A stretch of 64,000 nt of DNA from Candidatus Gastranaerophilales bacterium (GCA_944326565.1 CALVEL010000008.1:2003-66002); one strand, 5' to 3'. Numbered from the stretch's first letter, positions 18,725 to 29,099 are shown. Numbers and translations: made by a program. Notes: generated by a model from the letters alone, not told the origin.

Positions 18725-19642
18725 TTAATATCTTAATGGAATTTTTGATCTGTTAATAGTTTTCTTATCATAGCCAAAATTGGAAAGCATTCTGCAAGTG
18801 CTTGTATAAAAGATATTTTCATCCAAAGTCGGTCCGATATTTATTGAGCTGACAGTACGTTTTAAGAATTTGTATTCAATATAGGGGATAAATAGTCCGT
18901 TTTTTTCAAATATTTTTGTCTGTTTGTATGTTCTTGGGCTGAAATTACTTATAAAAATAATTCTATATTCTTTTTCATCTTTAAAGTGCGGGTTTTTGAA
19001 AAATAAACTTATAATACTTAGAATATCAATAAGTTCAAAAAGGACATCCTGCTGTTTTTCTTGATTTTTTGGGGTGGGTTTGGAAGTAATCAATTTTTCA
19101 AATTGTTTGTTCCATTTTTCAAAAATAAGTTTTAGAATTGTAATTTGAGACTCCTGATTGTATATGATATTACCATATACTGAGTGAAAACCTTGTTTTT
19201 CCATATCTTCAATCAAATCTCTTTTACAAAATCCGATATTATATCCTGTATAAGTCTGTCCTTTTGAGTAGTTATTCCACAAAGTTAAGTTATCGCTGTC
19301 TGTTGAAAATGAAATGGTATAATATTCATATTTGTTTAAAAAATTGTCATTTCCATCAATTATATTTTTATATTTTTTGTAAAAATAATCTTTTATTTTG
19401 GAAAATAAGTCTGAATTGAGTTTTGGCATTTCATTTATAAGATTGACGATTAACTTATAAGAATATGTAACTTCTTCTTTGTCATTAAGATAAAGTGCAT
19501 TAGAAAACCTTATTGTACCCGATTCTAATATGCTCAAAAGCTTTTCAGGTTTTGTATAATGATAAAGATTAGTATTTGTACCATCGTCAAGAATTTTTTT
19601 AACCTTAGGAATTTTCTTTAACAAACTGTCATAATCAATCAT
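18725..19642 (-). CDS. DUF2971-like protein
   Basis: LYHYTKPEKLLSILESGTIRFSNALYLNDKEE matches the recalled DUF2971 N-terminal signature (lyHYT....l..Il....l.fs....lND..E). Confidence 0.6.
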   Translation of the reverse strand: MIDYDSLLKKIPKVKKILDDGTNTNLYHYTKPEKLLSILESGTIRFSNALYLNDKEEVTYSYKLIVNLINEMPKLNSDLFSKIKDYFYKKYKNIIDGNDNFLNKYEYYTISFSTDSDNLTLWNNYSKGQTYTGYNIGFCKRDLIEDMEKQGFHSVYGNIIYNQESQITILKLIFEKWNKQFEKLITSKPTPKNQEKQQDVLFELIDILSIISLFFKNPHFKDEKEYRIIFISNFSPRTYKQTKIFEKNGLFIPYIEYKFLKRTVSSINIGPTLDENIFYTSTCRMLSNFGYDKKTINRSKIPLRY

Positions 19643-19720
19643 ATTCTACAACTCCAAAAACCAATGTCAGACAATAAAAAACATAATTTATACTTATATT
19701 ATAACATATTTTTGAAAAAA

Positions 19721-19745
19721 GAAGCCTGATATAATATCAGACTTC
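19721..19745 (-). terminator. rho-independent terminator downstream of pgi
   Basis: On the minus strand, stem GAAGTCTGATA / TATCAGGCTTC (11 bp, one mismatch) is followed by TTTTTTC. Confidence 0.6.
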
Positions 19746-19774
19746 TTTAAATATAAATTTCCAAAAAGTTTAAA

Positions 19775-21085
19775 TTACTTTGAAACTCTTCCTGGGACTA
19801 CAACTCCGCCTTTCAGATTCTTTTTATAGAATTCTACATGGGGTTGCAATACACTGTCAAGAACTTCTGGGAATTCTATTCCTTTAGTAATTTTTTCAAC
19901 AATTTCCTGATATACAGTTGCATAAGCTCTTAGTTGAGTCATAGCACCCGCTGCTTGAGGAGTTAATCCCATACCTTGAGTATCAACTTTTTCACAGAAG
20001 AAAGCTCCTGATACTTCATAAGACTTGCAAAGAGCCCCGATATAACTTTCTGCATTTTCTTTGCATACGCCATTATCATTGGGAACTGTGAGTGCAAATA
20101 CAAGTTTATTTGCAGGGTTAAAGTGAGCTTCAGCACTGTGGTGCATTGCATCAGGTACTTTAGCGACTTGTTTAAGAGTATCTTTTACTGATTCATTTTG
20201 CATTTGTGCATGCCAGTAAACAGTATTTTCGAAGATTGAGCCCATATATTGATGAACTGAAGCTTCAATACCGTTTAGTTTTGCATCAGCCCAGAATATA
20301 CCTTCTTTTAGTGCAGTGTTGCATTCTAAATCAGCTGTCAAAGAAATTTTTGATACTTCTTGTGCAGATTCAAGCATTTTTACCATATCTTCTTTTTTCA
20401 TGCCTGCATAAGCAAGTGTGAACAATGCATGGTCATCAAATGCTGAAAATCTTCCGCCAACATCATCATGAATGTATAAATCACCTAACCAGCCATTTTC
20501 GTTAGAAGTTCTTCTCAATTCACTTTTTTCTTTATTAGCATCTGTTACTGCTATAAAGTGTTTTGCTGCTGATTTTTCTGCTTGTTCTTGTGGTTGACCT
20601 TGTGATTTGTATTCATCTATCAACATTTCTTGTATTCTTAAAAATCCGTCTTTAGTTTCAAAAGTTGAACCTGATTTTGAGGCAATCATATAGTTGGAAG
20701 ATGTGACTTTATTGCCCATTCTGTATAAAAATCTTTCAAAACTTGCAGAATCAACGTCTGAATAAAAAGCGATTTTATCTTGACAAATATTTAGACCATT
20801 AATGCTTAGCATATGTTCTACAGTATGTTTAGAACCCCCGATACCCATTACGCTAAGTCTTTCGCAGCCTGTTTGTGCTTTCAATTTTTCTGCTAATGAA
20901 TAAATTTCATCTACTCTTTTAATTTGTTCTTGAGGAAGATTTACCCAGTTTAGGAATTGCCCTTTTTGGTTTGCTCTTTTTGAAAATTCTTCTACAAATT
21001 TTGATACGTTACTTTCATATTTAGAAAAATCAAACCCGTAAAAATCACTTGATAATCCTAAATTACAAATACATGCTTGAGTCAT
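19775..21085 (-). CDS. pgi: glucose-6-phosphate isomerase
   Basis: SIS-domain motifs GIGGSKH and ASKSGSTFETKDGF, plus DDVGGRFSAF, as in bacterial PGI. 436 aa. Confidence 0.8.
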   Translation of the reverse strand: MTQACICNLGLSSDFYGFDFSKYESNVSKFVEEFSKRANQKGQFLNWVNLPQEQIKRVDEIYSLAEKLKAQTGCERLSVMGIGGSKHTVEHMLSINGLNICQDKIAFYSDVDSASFERFLYRMGNKVTSSNYMIASKSGSTFETKDGFLRIQEMLIDEYKSQGQPQEQAEKSAAKHFIAVTDANKEKSELRRTSNENGWLGDLYIHDDVGGRFSAFDDHALFTLAYAGMKKEDMVKMLESAQEVSKISLTADLECNTALKEGIFWADAKLNGIEASVHQYMGSIFENTVYWHAQMQNESVKDTLKQVAKVPDAMHHSAEAHFNPANKLVFALTVPNDNGVCKENAESYIGALCKSYEVSGAFFCEKVDTQGMGLTPQAAGAMTQLRAYATVYQEIVEKITKGIEFPEVLDSVLQPHVEFYKKNLKGGVVVPGRVSK

Positions 21086-21189
21086 TTTGTACTCTCCTTT
21101 ATTAGTTCAAATATCTCAATTATACTCTATCATGGAAAAAATTTTTTGAAAATTATATTTGTCATATTATTTTATTGGGAATTAATAAT

Positions 21190-21996
21190 ATGGAATACAA
21201 AATCATTAAATTAAATTCAGCAAGAAATTGTCTAAGATATATCATTAAAGCATTTGAAATAGATCAAATTCATATCCCTTACTATCTTTGCTCTTGTATC
21301 AGACATTCAATTTTGAAAGAAGGGTGTAAAATTCATTTTTACCATATTGATAAAAATTTTATGCCGGTTTATGAGTTTGATGAGGATGATTTTATTTTTT
21401 ATCCGAATTATTGGGGAATTTGTACAGATATTGCAAAGAATTTGGCTTTGAAATACAAAAATTTAATTGTTGATAATGCCCATTCTTTTTATTCAAAGCC
21501 TTTAGGTATAGCTTCTTTTAATTCAATTAGAAAATTTTTCCCAAAAATAAGAGATGGTGCAATTTTATATTCTTCAAAAATAATGGATTTTGATTTTCCG
21601 ATTGACGAATTTTATTATGAAATGAAAAAGTTGGATTATAACGAAATTATAAAAAACGAAAAGCGAATTGATGATTTTGATATCAAAATCATTTCAAATT
21701 GCACATCTGATTTATTTAGTAAAATTGATTTTGAAAGTGAGAAAAATAGAAGATTATTAAATTTTTATGATTGGAATGAAAAATTAAAAAATTCAAATTC
21801 TTTAGATATAAATTTGGAAAAAGGGGAAATTCCTTTTTGCTATCCTTATCTTACAAAATCTGAAAATTGTGCCGATACATTAGTAAAACAACTTGAAAAT
21901 CAAGGAATTACGATTTATCGATATTGGGAAAAACTTCCTGATAATTTTTCAGAAAGTATTTTCCAAAAACAACTGGTTGCAATTCCACTTTGCTAG
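21190..21996 (+). CDS. short DegT/DnrJ/EryC1-like aminotransferase-fold protein (tentative)
   Basis: LNSARNCLRYIIKAF..IHIPYYLCSCI...IVDNAHSF...SFNSIRKFFP..DGAILY resembles the N-terminal two-thirds of sugar aminotransferases. It is shorter than typical members. Confidence 0.4.
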   Translation: MEYKIIKLNSARNCLRYIIKAFEIDQIHIPYYLCSCIRHSILKEGCKIHFYHIDKNFMPVYEFDEDDFIFYPNYWGICTDIAKNLALKYKNLIVDNAHSFYSKPLGIASFNSIRKFFPKIRDGAILYSSKIMDFDFPIDEFYYEMKKLDYNEIIKNEKRIDDFDIKIISNCTSDLFSKIDFESEKNRRLLNFYDWNEKLKNSNSLDINLEKGEIPFCYPYLTKSENCADTLVKQLENQGITIYRYWEKLPDNFSESIFQKQLVAIPLC

Positions 21997-22475
21997 ACAA
22001 TATATTTTTGTAGAATTAATTTTTTCAAAGCTCTGGCATGTACGGCATCAGGCTCAATTTCAAGTAATTTTTCAAGATATTCAAGTGCTTTGTGATAATT
22101 CCCAAGTTTTTTCTGTGCAGCAGCCATAGCAAAAAGAGCATCAATAAATTTGTCATCCAGTTCAAGTGCTTTTTCAAGGTCTTTTATAGCATTTTCTATA
22201 TTAGGATTTTCGATATCTTTTCTGCTCAAAATTATTCTTGCACGATTATAATATGCATCAGTCATTTTATCATTTAATTGAATTGATTTTGTATAATCAA
22301 GCATTGCTTCATCAAAATTTTCCAATGCTTGATTTGCAACGGCTCTATAAAAATATGGTATATCCCAATCTTTTTTCAATTCTAAAGACTTATTGATATT
22401 ATCTATAGCTTCTTGAAATTTTCCACTGTTTATATTGAAAATCCCCTCATCTAAATAATCTTTATAGTTAGTCAT
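21993..22475 (-). CDS. TPR repeat protein
   Basis: Four successive 34-aa TPR-like units (FQEAIDNINKSLEL..., FDEAMLDYTKSIQL..., IENAIKDLEKALEL..., YHKALEYLEKLLEI...). Confidence 0.75.
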   Translation of the reverse strand: MTNYKDYLDEGIFNINSGKFQEAIDNINKSLELKKDWDIPYFYRAVANQALENFDEAMLDYTKSIQLNDKMTDAYYNRARIILSRKDIENPNIENAIKDLEKALELDDKFIDALFAMAAAQKKLGNYHKALEYLEKLLEIEPDAVHARALKKLILQKYIV

Positions 22476-22538
22476 ATTTTTATCCTTATATATTTTGATA
22501 AAATTATTATAGCTGATTTTATTTACTAAGACTATATA

Positions 22539-23384
22539 TTATTTTGATTTTTTTAGAATTTTCAATCCTTCAATTGCATTAGGAAAACCGACATAAGGCA
22601 TCACTTGAATTATTGCGGCTGCAATAGTTTCTTCAGAATTTCCAACTTTTATATTGCCTTTAATATGACTTTTTAAAGTGTCCATTTTGCCTATTGAAAG
22701 TAAAATACTGATTGTTAACAATTCTCTTGTTTTTATGTCAAGTCCTTTTCTTGTGTAAAAATCACCAAAACATACTTCTGTAAGTAATCTGGCAACTTCA
22801 TTCCCCATATTTTCCGGTAAATCTGAAAGCGCTTCTTTAATTTCCTCTCCATACACTGGATTTTGAATTGCAAAACCTTTTTCAAATCGGTTTTCTTCAT
22901 TTACTGTTTTAGTTTCTTCGAGTGGTAATTGGATATTGCGTTCTTTGAATACTTCATTCATAACATTTATTGCGTTTAATGTTTTAGGAAATCCGATAAA
23001 CGGAGCCTCCATATAAATGGCTTCTCTTAATTCTATCGAGCTTACACCTACGTTAAGTGCCGCATTTATATGGGCTTTTAGTTGTGGGAGCGTCTGTTGA
23101 GCTGCAAGTGATGTAACTGTTAACATTTCTCTTGTTTTGTTATCTAAATTCCCTATTGCAAAAACTTCTCCGAATATATATTTTTGAAGTATTGCCATAA
23201 ATTCAGCATCATTTCCCTCTTTTGGAAGAGCTTCTCCGCCAAAGAGTTCATGATAATTTTTTTTACAAATTTCTATTCTGTTCATATTTTTATCCTCATT
23301 CTGGGTATTTGCAAAAACACTGTTTTGAATAGAAAGCATAAATGTTAATACAAATACAAAAAATATTTTATTTATATTGCTCAT
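22539..23384 (-). CDS. tandem carboxymuconolactone decarboxylase (AhpD-like) family protein
   Basis: Two CMD-like halves (REMLTVTSLAAQQTLPQLKAHINAALNVGVS..ELREAIYMEAPFIGFP and RELLTISILLSIGKMDTLKSHIKGNIKVGNS..TIAAAIIQVMPYVGFP). Has a signal peptide. Confidence 0.7.
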   Translation of the reverse strand: MSNINKIFFVFVLTFMLSIQNSVFANTQNEDKNMNRIEICKKNYHELFGGEALPKEGNDAEFMAILQKYIFGEVFAIGNLDNKTREMLTVTSLAAQQTLPQLKAHINAALNVGVSSIELREAIYMEAPFIGFPKTLNAINVMNEVFKERNIQLPLEETKTVNEENRFEKGFAIQNPVYGEEIKEALSDLPENMGNEVARLLTEVCFGDFYTRKGLDIKTRELLTISILLSIGKMDTLKSHIKGNIKVGNSEETIAAAIIQVMPYVGFPNAIEGLKILKKSK

Positions 23385-23829
23385 TGCTTACCGCCTCAAG
23401 CCAAGTTGTTTCATTGTTCGGAATATTTGGCTCAATTGAAATATGAGCAAATTCAGAATTAGGAGATGCTCCATGCCAGTGTTCGACATTTGGTGGAATC
23501 TTTACAACATCACCTTTTTTTAAAATTTGAATATCCTTTCCTTTTTCTTTATATCTGCCTTCACCTGCGGTTACCAATAGAATTTGTCCGCCTGAATGTT
23601 TATGCCAGTTTGTTCTTGCACCTTTTTCAAAAGTTACATTACCAATTGAAGAATTAAATATATCATCTTTTTTAACTAACATATTCAAATGAGTTGTACC
23701 TGTGAAAAATTTGTTGTATGGATTAATATCACCTTTTTCAAACGGTTGGTCTAATTCTTTTGCCATGGTTGAATATCCTCCTGCTATAAAAATAATTGCT
23801 AAAAATATACTAAACAGAATTTTTTGCAT
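23368..23829 (-). CDS. cupin domain protein
   Basis: Cupin motifs TNWHKHSGGQILLVTAGEG and PPNVEHWHGA. Confidence 0.7.
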   Translation of the reverse strand: MQKILFSIFLAIIFIAGGYSTMAKELDQPFEKGDINPYNKFFTGTTHLNMLVKKDDIFNSSIGNVTFEKGARTNWHKHSGGQILLVTAGEGRYKEKGKDIQILKKGDVVKIPPNVEHWHGASPNSEFAHISIEPNIPNNETTWLEAVSNEQYK

Positions 23830-24866
23830 TATTTAATCTCCTTTAGGTAAGTAGTGAAAAATTGCGCTATTTTATCAAACGGAATTTTTTCCAAATTATC
23901 ATATAAATCAACATGATTTGTATTCTTGATAATTAACAGTTCTTTATTATTACCTTTTAATTTTTTGAAAGCATCTTCACTAAAATATCTGCTGTGGGCA
24001 TTTTCGCCGTGTACCATTAAAACTGCGCTTTTGATTTCGTTACTATATGCGAGAATAGGCAGATTAATTAATGAAAGTGACGATGTCATATTCCAGTTGC
24101 CGTTTGAGTTTATAGAGCGTTTGTGAAAACCTCTAGGGGTTTTGTAGTATCCGTAGTAATCTTTTACGAATTGCGGCTCATCTCCTTTTAATTTTTCAGG
24201 TAATCCTGAGGCTTTTGCATAATCTCCTTTTTTAAAATCTTCCGTACGTTGATTATTAAGTTGTTTTTTGAATTCATATCGAGCATTCTCGTCCATAGAA
24301 TCAAAGTAGCCTTTTGCAGTTACTCTTGTCATATCATACATTGTGATTGTTACAGTTGCTTTAATTCTTGTATCTATGGCAGCAGCATTCAGTCCAAAAC
24401 CGCCAAACCCGCAAATACCTATTATGCCTATTTTTTCCGGATTAACATTTTTCTGATTGCTTAAAAAATCCACAGCTGCACTAAAATCTTCAGTATTTAT
24501 ATCAGGCGATGCTACGTTTCTTGGTTCTCCTCCGCTTTCACCGGTATAAGATGGATCAAAAGCTAATGTTATAAAACCTTTTTCCGCCAATGTTTGTGCA
24601 TATAACCCGGAGGATTGCTCTTTAACGGCACCGAATGGCCCGCTTACAGCAATTGCCGGTAATTTTTCAGAAGTTAAATTTTTTGGAATATAAAGGTCTC
24701 CAACTAACTTTATTCCATACCTGTTTTTAAAATTTACCTTTTTAATAACAACTTTATCACTTTTGGGGAATGTTTTGTCCCAATCATTATTTTTTGCCAT
24801 TGTCATAGATGTACCTCCGAATATTAGTAATAATACAGTTATTACTATTAATAAATTTTTTATCAT
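23829..24866 (-). CDS. alpha/beta hydrolase, dienelactone-hydrolase-like (Cys nucleophile elbow)
   Basis: Nucleophile elbow GIIGICGFGG (GxCxGG) instead of GxSxG, with a late His in NHVDLYD. Confidence 0.6.
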   Translation of the reverse strand: MIKNLLIVITVLLLIFGGTSMTMAKNNDWDKTFPKSDKVVIKKVNFKNRYGIKLVGDLYIPKNLTSEKLPAIAVSGPFGAVKEQSSGLYAQTLAEKGFITLAFDPSYTGESGGEPRNVASPDINTEDFSAAVDFLSNQKNVNPEKIGIIGICGFGGFGLNAAAIDTRIKATVTITMYDMTRVTAKGYFDSMDENARYEFKKQLNNQRTEDFKKGDYAKASGLPEKLKGDEPQFVKDYYGYYKTPRGFHKRSINSNGNWNMTSSLSLINLPILAYSNEIKSAVLMVHGENAHSRYFSEDAFKKLKGNNKELLIIKNTNHVDLYDNLEKIPFDKIAQFFTTYLKEIK

Positions 24867-24868
24867 TT

Positions 24869-25408
24869 TTATACTCCTAGTCCCATTTCATAAGCTTTTT
24901 CCAATGCAGGATTGTTTTGAATATCACCTAATGCTTCGGCTCCGGCACCTAGCAGTGTTCCTTTAAGTTGTGCTTTTGCAAAACATGCAATCCAGCCTTG
25001 AATACCGTTTATGGCAATATCTGCGGCATGTGAGCTTGTATCTGCTGCTGTTGCAAGAAAATAGATATCTGTGAATTTATAATCTGATGTAAATAAAGGA
25101 TTTCCTCTATCTAAGAGAGTTTTTAGCTGTCCTGACATTTCGTAATAATAAATTGGGCTTGCAAATGCAATTACATCGGCATTCTTCATTTTTTCAACAA
25201 TTTCATTTGAATCATCTTTTATAACACAAGTTTGGAGTTTTTGGCAGACAAGACAACCTTTGCAAAATTTAATTTCCTTTTCCTGCAAAGTAATAAATTC
25301 TACATTATTACCATTTTGTGCTGCACCTTTTGCAAATTCTTTTGCTAAAACTTCAGAATTGCCGTTTTTTCTTAATGTTGATGATATTACCAATACATTT
25401 TTACCCAT
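24869..25408 (-). CDS. flavodoxin-like NAD(P)H-dependent FMN reductase / iron-sulfur flavoprotein
   Basis: VLVISSTLRKNGNSE N-terminus and Cys cluster CKGCLVCQKLQTC. Confidence 0.65.
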   Translation of the reverse strand: MGKNVLVISSTLRKNGNSEVLAKEFAKGAAQNGNNVEFITLQEKEIKFCKGCLVCQKLQTCVIKDDSNEIVEKMKNADVIAFASPIYYYEMSGQLKTLLDRGNPLFTSDYKFTDIYFLATAADTSSHAADIAINGIQGWIACFAKAQLKGTLLGAGAEALGDIQNNPALEKAYEMGLGV

Positions 25409-25439
25409 ATTACTCTCCTTTTATATAAGTTGTTTAATA

Positions 25440-25658
25440 TTACGTATTTTTTTGTTTTAGTGAAAAAATTAAAAAATCAAGACAATCTATTTGTTTTTGT
25501 GCTTCGTGCAGATTGTTTAAAAGTTCTTTTTTATGATTGTTTAAAATCTTTAAAATCTCTTTATAATTGTTAGTATCGTAAAATTTAAAAAATTCTTCTA
25601 TTATAAGTGCATTACATCCTGCATCTTCTAAATTTTCAAAAATAATATTTTTATTCAT
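25440..25658 (-). CDS. small hypothetical protein (72 aa), first gene of the redox operon
   Basis: ORF divergent from the LysR gene. No motif recognised. Confidence 0.4.
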   Translation of the reverse strand: MNKNIIFENLEDAGCNALIIEEFFKFYDTNNYKEILKILNNHKKELLNNLHEAQKQIDCLDFLIFSLKQKNT

Positions 25659-25754
25659 GTATTTATTATTTACTATGTTTGTTGAAATAGCAAATACTTA
25701 TATAGTATTGTTAGCAATGCTTGACAAGCATAACAAAAAATGTATTATAAGAAT

Positions 25755-26645
25755 ATGGAAATAAGAGTGTTAAGATATTTTTTAACGGTTGCAAGAGAAG
25801 GTTCAATTACCGGAGCTGCGAATTATTTGCACTTGACACAGCCTACGCTTTCAAGACAGTTACAAGATTTGGAAAAAGAATTGGGGCAAAAACTTCTAAT
25901 ACGTACAAATCATAATGTTACGCTTACTCCTGAGGGTATGATTTTAAGAAAACGTGCTGAGGAAATTCTTGATATGGTTGAAAAAACCGAAAAAGAATTC
26001 AACTCAATAAGTGAGAATATTTCGGGTGAAATCCATATAGGCAGTGGTGAAACTTATATTTTTAAATGTATTGCGGATGTTATTAATGAAATGCGAAAAG
26101 ATTTTCCTCAAATAATTTTCCATATATACAGTGGTAATTTTGAGGATGTTACAGAAAAATTAGATAAGGGGCTTTTAGATTTTGGTATAACTATACAACC
26201 TAGCAATTTATCGAAATACAACAGAATATCTTTACCTGAAAAGGATATTTGGGGGGTTGTTATGAGAAAAGACTGCTTGCTTGCTCACAAAGATTTTATA
26301 TCTTTTGAAGATTTGGAAAAAATTCCACTGATTTTGTCTAAAAAAGCTTTTCGAGAACCGATTTCAGATAATGAATTTTACAAATGGTTCAATGAAAAAA
26401 AAGAAAAATTAAATATCGCGGCAACTCACAATTTGTTTTTTAATGCTTCTGTCATGGTAGAGGAGGGTGTTGGTTATTTATTGACTTTGAATAATCTTGC
26501 TAATACTTCGAAAAACAGCAGTTTATGTTTTCGTCCCTTGAGTCCGAAAATTGAAGCAGGGTGGGACTTTGTCTGGAAAAAATACCAAGTCTTTTCTCCA
26601 GCTGCAAAATTGTTTCTTCAAAAAATAGAAGAAAAATTTAATTAA
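25755..26645 (+). CDS. LysR family transcriptional regulator
   Basis: MEIRVLRYFLTVAREGSITGAANYLHLTQPTLSRQLQDLE is a canonical LysR HTH. It is divergent from the 25658-22539 operon. Confidence 0.9.
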   Translation: MEIRVLRYFLTVAREGSITGAANYLHLTQPTLSRQLQDLEKELGQKLLIRTNHNVTLTPEGMILRKRAEEILDMVEKTEKEFNSISENISGEIHIGSGETYIFKCIADVINEMRKDFPQIIFHIYSGNFEDVTEKLDKGLLDFGITIQPSNLSKYNRISLPEKDIWGVVMRKDCLLAHKDFISFEDLEKIPLILSKKAFREPISDNEFYKWFNEKKEKLNIAATHNLFFNASVMVEEGVGYLLTLNNLANTSKNSSLCFRPLSPKIEAGWDFVWKKYQVFSPAAKLFLQKIEEKFN

Positions 26646-26684
26646 TTTAAAAATTTTAGAAGATTTTTAAAAATAAAAACTCAA

Positions 26685-28019
26685 TTACTCTTCATAAGTT
26701 CGGAGCTCTTCAAGATAATCTTTTTCAAAATCATTTAAATTGCCTGTTTTTTCTTTTTCAGTTAATGAAACAAGGTCATTTTTTCTTTTTATTTTTAGTT
26801 CATCTAACAAAAGTTGTTCTTTATTGGTAATTATTCCTAATTCTTCTTTACCGCACAAAATTTGGAACATATTTTGTTTGTTGTTGACTAAGTTTGATAT
26901 TTTGTTTTGTCTGATAATCATTTTTGGAGTAAAAGATCTTGGTGTATGTATAAGCTCATAATACAAAACTTCTTTACCTGATATTGAGTTTTTAGGATTT
27001 ATAGATTTTAGGCAGCTTGTTAAAGCTATTTTATACAAGTCATCATAGTTGAAAGCACCTAGTTGTTCATCTGTTTTGCAAATTTTATTTATTTCATTGT
27101 AATCATTATCCGTAAAGTTTTTTTTATTTAAATCTTCTAAAATATTTAATTTTCGAGCCAAACAATCGGGATAATCTTTAATATTTATTAGACTGTCTTT
27201 GCATCTGGTGATATTTTCAATTAATATATTTGCATTTTCATTATCTTGCGGGCGGGGAATTTCGAATTTATCAATTTTACCTTTGCGAAAATCAGGATGT
27301 ATTAAATGTGGGAAGTTTGAAGTAAACAGAAAAGTTGAGCCATATCCACCTGAATTTGGTGGAGAGGCACAATTATCCAATAAACTTTTAAAATATTCTA
27401 TATTATTTACATTATTGGAACTTTTTAAAAATTCAATATCTTTTACACTATAATTAAAATCTGTCAGTCTTTTGGCTTGATTGTAGGTCATACCTAAAAA
27501 ATTTTCTATATTATTTAAGTAAATGATAGACTTTTTGCCGGTTTCATTATAGTAATTTTTTGCTTGTTCTAAAATATCTCTTACCTTTAAAATAAAATTT
27601 TCATTGGTTTCATTAGAAAGATCAAATATTTTATTTCCCGCTGTTTGGTATGCAATTTCACGTGTTGTATTTGCAAAACATTCCACGAGCCTGTTTTCAG
27701 GGCCAAAAAGCATTACACCATTTGGAATGTAAATTGATGTATTTTTAAATGATTCTATAAACGGTTCTGTAAAATGTTTTGCCAGATTATCCTTTTCTTT
27801 TGAAAAGCCTACAATTTTTTTATCAAAATATTGTATTACTTTGTTATATGTTTCTGAGCCTGTAAAATTTATTTGAGGTAAATATTGATTTAAGAGGACA
27901 AATTCATTGTTTTGTGTTAAATGAGACTTAACGTTGCGGTTTTTATTTTCAGAGTTATATGTATATGAAATATTTTTACCTTTTTGTGGATTTTGAAAGT
28001 AAATTGGAGATATTTTCAT
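26685..28019 (-). CDS. leader-bearing AAA+-like protein with degenerate Walker motifs (pseudo-ATPase paralogue of 30484..32475)
   Basis: Aligns by eye with the neighbouring AAA+. IPNGVMLFGPENRLVE aligns with LPNAVVLYGATGVGKTE, IIYLNNIENF with LLIDEAEKY, and FLFTSNFPHLIHPDF with LFITTNYPHLIDQDL. Leader MKISPIYFQN...INFTGS. Confidence 0.65.
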   Translation of the reverse strand: MKISPIYFQNPQKGKNISYTYNSENKNRNVKSHLTQNNEFVLLNQYLPQINFTGSETYNKVIQYFDKKIVGFSKEKDNLAKHFTEPFIESFKNTSIYIPNGVMLFGPENRLVECFANTTREIAYQTAGNKIFDLSNETNENFILKVRDILEQAKNYYNETGKKSIIYLNNIENFLGMTYNQAKRLTDFNYSVKDIEFLKSSNNVNNIEYFKSLLDNCASPPNSGGYGSTFLFTSNFPHLIHPDFRKGKIDKFEIPRPQDNENANILIENITRCKDSLINIKDYPDCLARKLNILEDLNKKNFTDNDYNEINKICKTDEQLGAFNYDDLYKIALTSCLKSINPKNSISGKEVLYYELIHTPRSFTPKMIIRQNKISNLVNNKQNMFQILCGKEELGIITNKEQLLLDELKIKRKNDLVSLTEKEKTGNLNDFEKDYLEELRTYEE

Positions 28020-28042
28020 ATTATCTTTTACCTTGTAGAGAT

Positions 28043-29038
28043 TTAGTTGCTATGAAAAGAATTTTTTAGATTATTTGCATTTAACTTACAAACATCAAAG
28101 AGTTCTTGCACCTTAGGATTTTGAGCGAAAGGTGCATCTTTTTTTCTAATGAGTTCATATTCAAGAGCGCTTATAGAATCAACATCCCATAAGAAATTTT
28201 TACCTTTTTCAAAAGCAATTTTAATCATATTTTCAGAATTAAGCACCCCAGGTTTTTGCAGGATATCAATGAAAGAGAGTCCGTCCCCAGTATCATCAGG
28301 GGTATAAACTGCCAATTTTTCGAATAAATCAAAAACTTTTAAAGAGGTTTTATTATCAGGATAATCAGGGAAAGCTATAGCCAACGAAGAAAGGGTATTC
28401 ATCCCTGTATCATGAGAGAAATCTCTTTTGCCGAATTTCTCAAAAATATTAAGAGCATCATCAAAAGAGGCTTTGTTAAAAGCAGCTCTTTCGAAAAGAG
28501 TATTCCAAAATATTTCTTTATCTTGAGCAGAGGCATTATTAGGGAAAATCATACCATCAACTGCAGAAATATTATTATTCTTAATTTTTTCTAAAATAGG
28601 GTGATAAACATTTTTGAACCAATTATGGTATTGATTTTTTTCTTTTTCCGACATGAGGTTATAGTCTTTGAAAGCATTTAATTGTATTTGACAATCATCA
28701 AATTGTTTTTTTAAAGGGTTGATATTAGAGTTATTATCTTTTACGATATCAGGTTTTATTGGTTTTTCTATAATTGTCTCTATTCCTGTATCTTTCGGGA
28801 TATCAGGTTTTATTGATGATTTTTTGGGTAATCGTCTATTTATTAAAAAGTAAATAATAGTTAATAAAACTGTACTCAGTCCAATACCTATGCCTATTTT
28901 AGCTTTGTTAGAAATGGTGTTTTCTTTTTCAAATTTATCAGATACTGGTTGTTCGGTTTTTGTAGACTGAATCTTTAGGCTTGGCTTAATAGGTTCTGAT
29001 AATTGTATATTTGATATATTATTAATTCCTAAAATCAT
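28043..29038 (-). CDS. TM-anchored orphan protein sharing a ~230-aa C-terminal module with the next gene
   Basis: TM segment IGIGIGLSTVLLTIIYFLI. The C-terminal part is nearly identical to that of 29100..30467. Confidence 0.65.
   Translation of the reverse strand: MILGINNISNIQLSEPIKPSLKIQSTKTEQPVSDKFEKENTISNKAKIGIGIGLSTVLLTIIYFLINRRLPKKSSIKPDIPKDTGIETIIEKPIKPDIVKDNNSNINPLKKQFDDCQIQLNAFKDYNLMSEKEKNQYHNWFKNVYHPILEKIKNNNISAVDGMIFPNNASAQDKEIFWNTLFERAAFNKASFDDALNIFEKFGKRDFSHDTGMNTLSSLAIAFPDYPDNKTSLKVFDLFEKLAVYTPDDTGDGLSFIDILQKPGVLNSENMIKIAFEKGKNFLWDVDSISALEYELIRKKDAPFAQNPKVQELFDVCKLNANNLKNSFHSN
28077..28767. repeat. copy 1 of a ~691-bp near-identical tandem duplication
   Basis: Matches 29134..29824 at a constant offset of 1057 nt. 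I spotted two mismatches while reading parts of both copies, at 28092 (a vs g) and 28132 (t vs c). Confidence 0.9.
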
Positions 29039-29099
29039 TATTATTTAACCTTTATCTTTGTAAAACATATGAATATAAAAAATTGCTATAATGTAAAGA

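Noticed and set aside
28412-28594. Identical 60-aa plus-strand ORFs at 28412-28594 and 29469-29651
   Set aside because: Their identity merely reflects the 691-bp duplication. Both are antisense to the longer genes.
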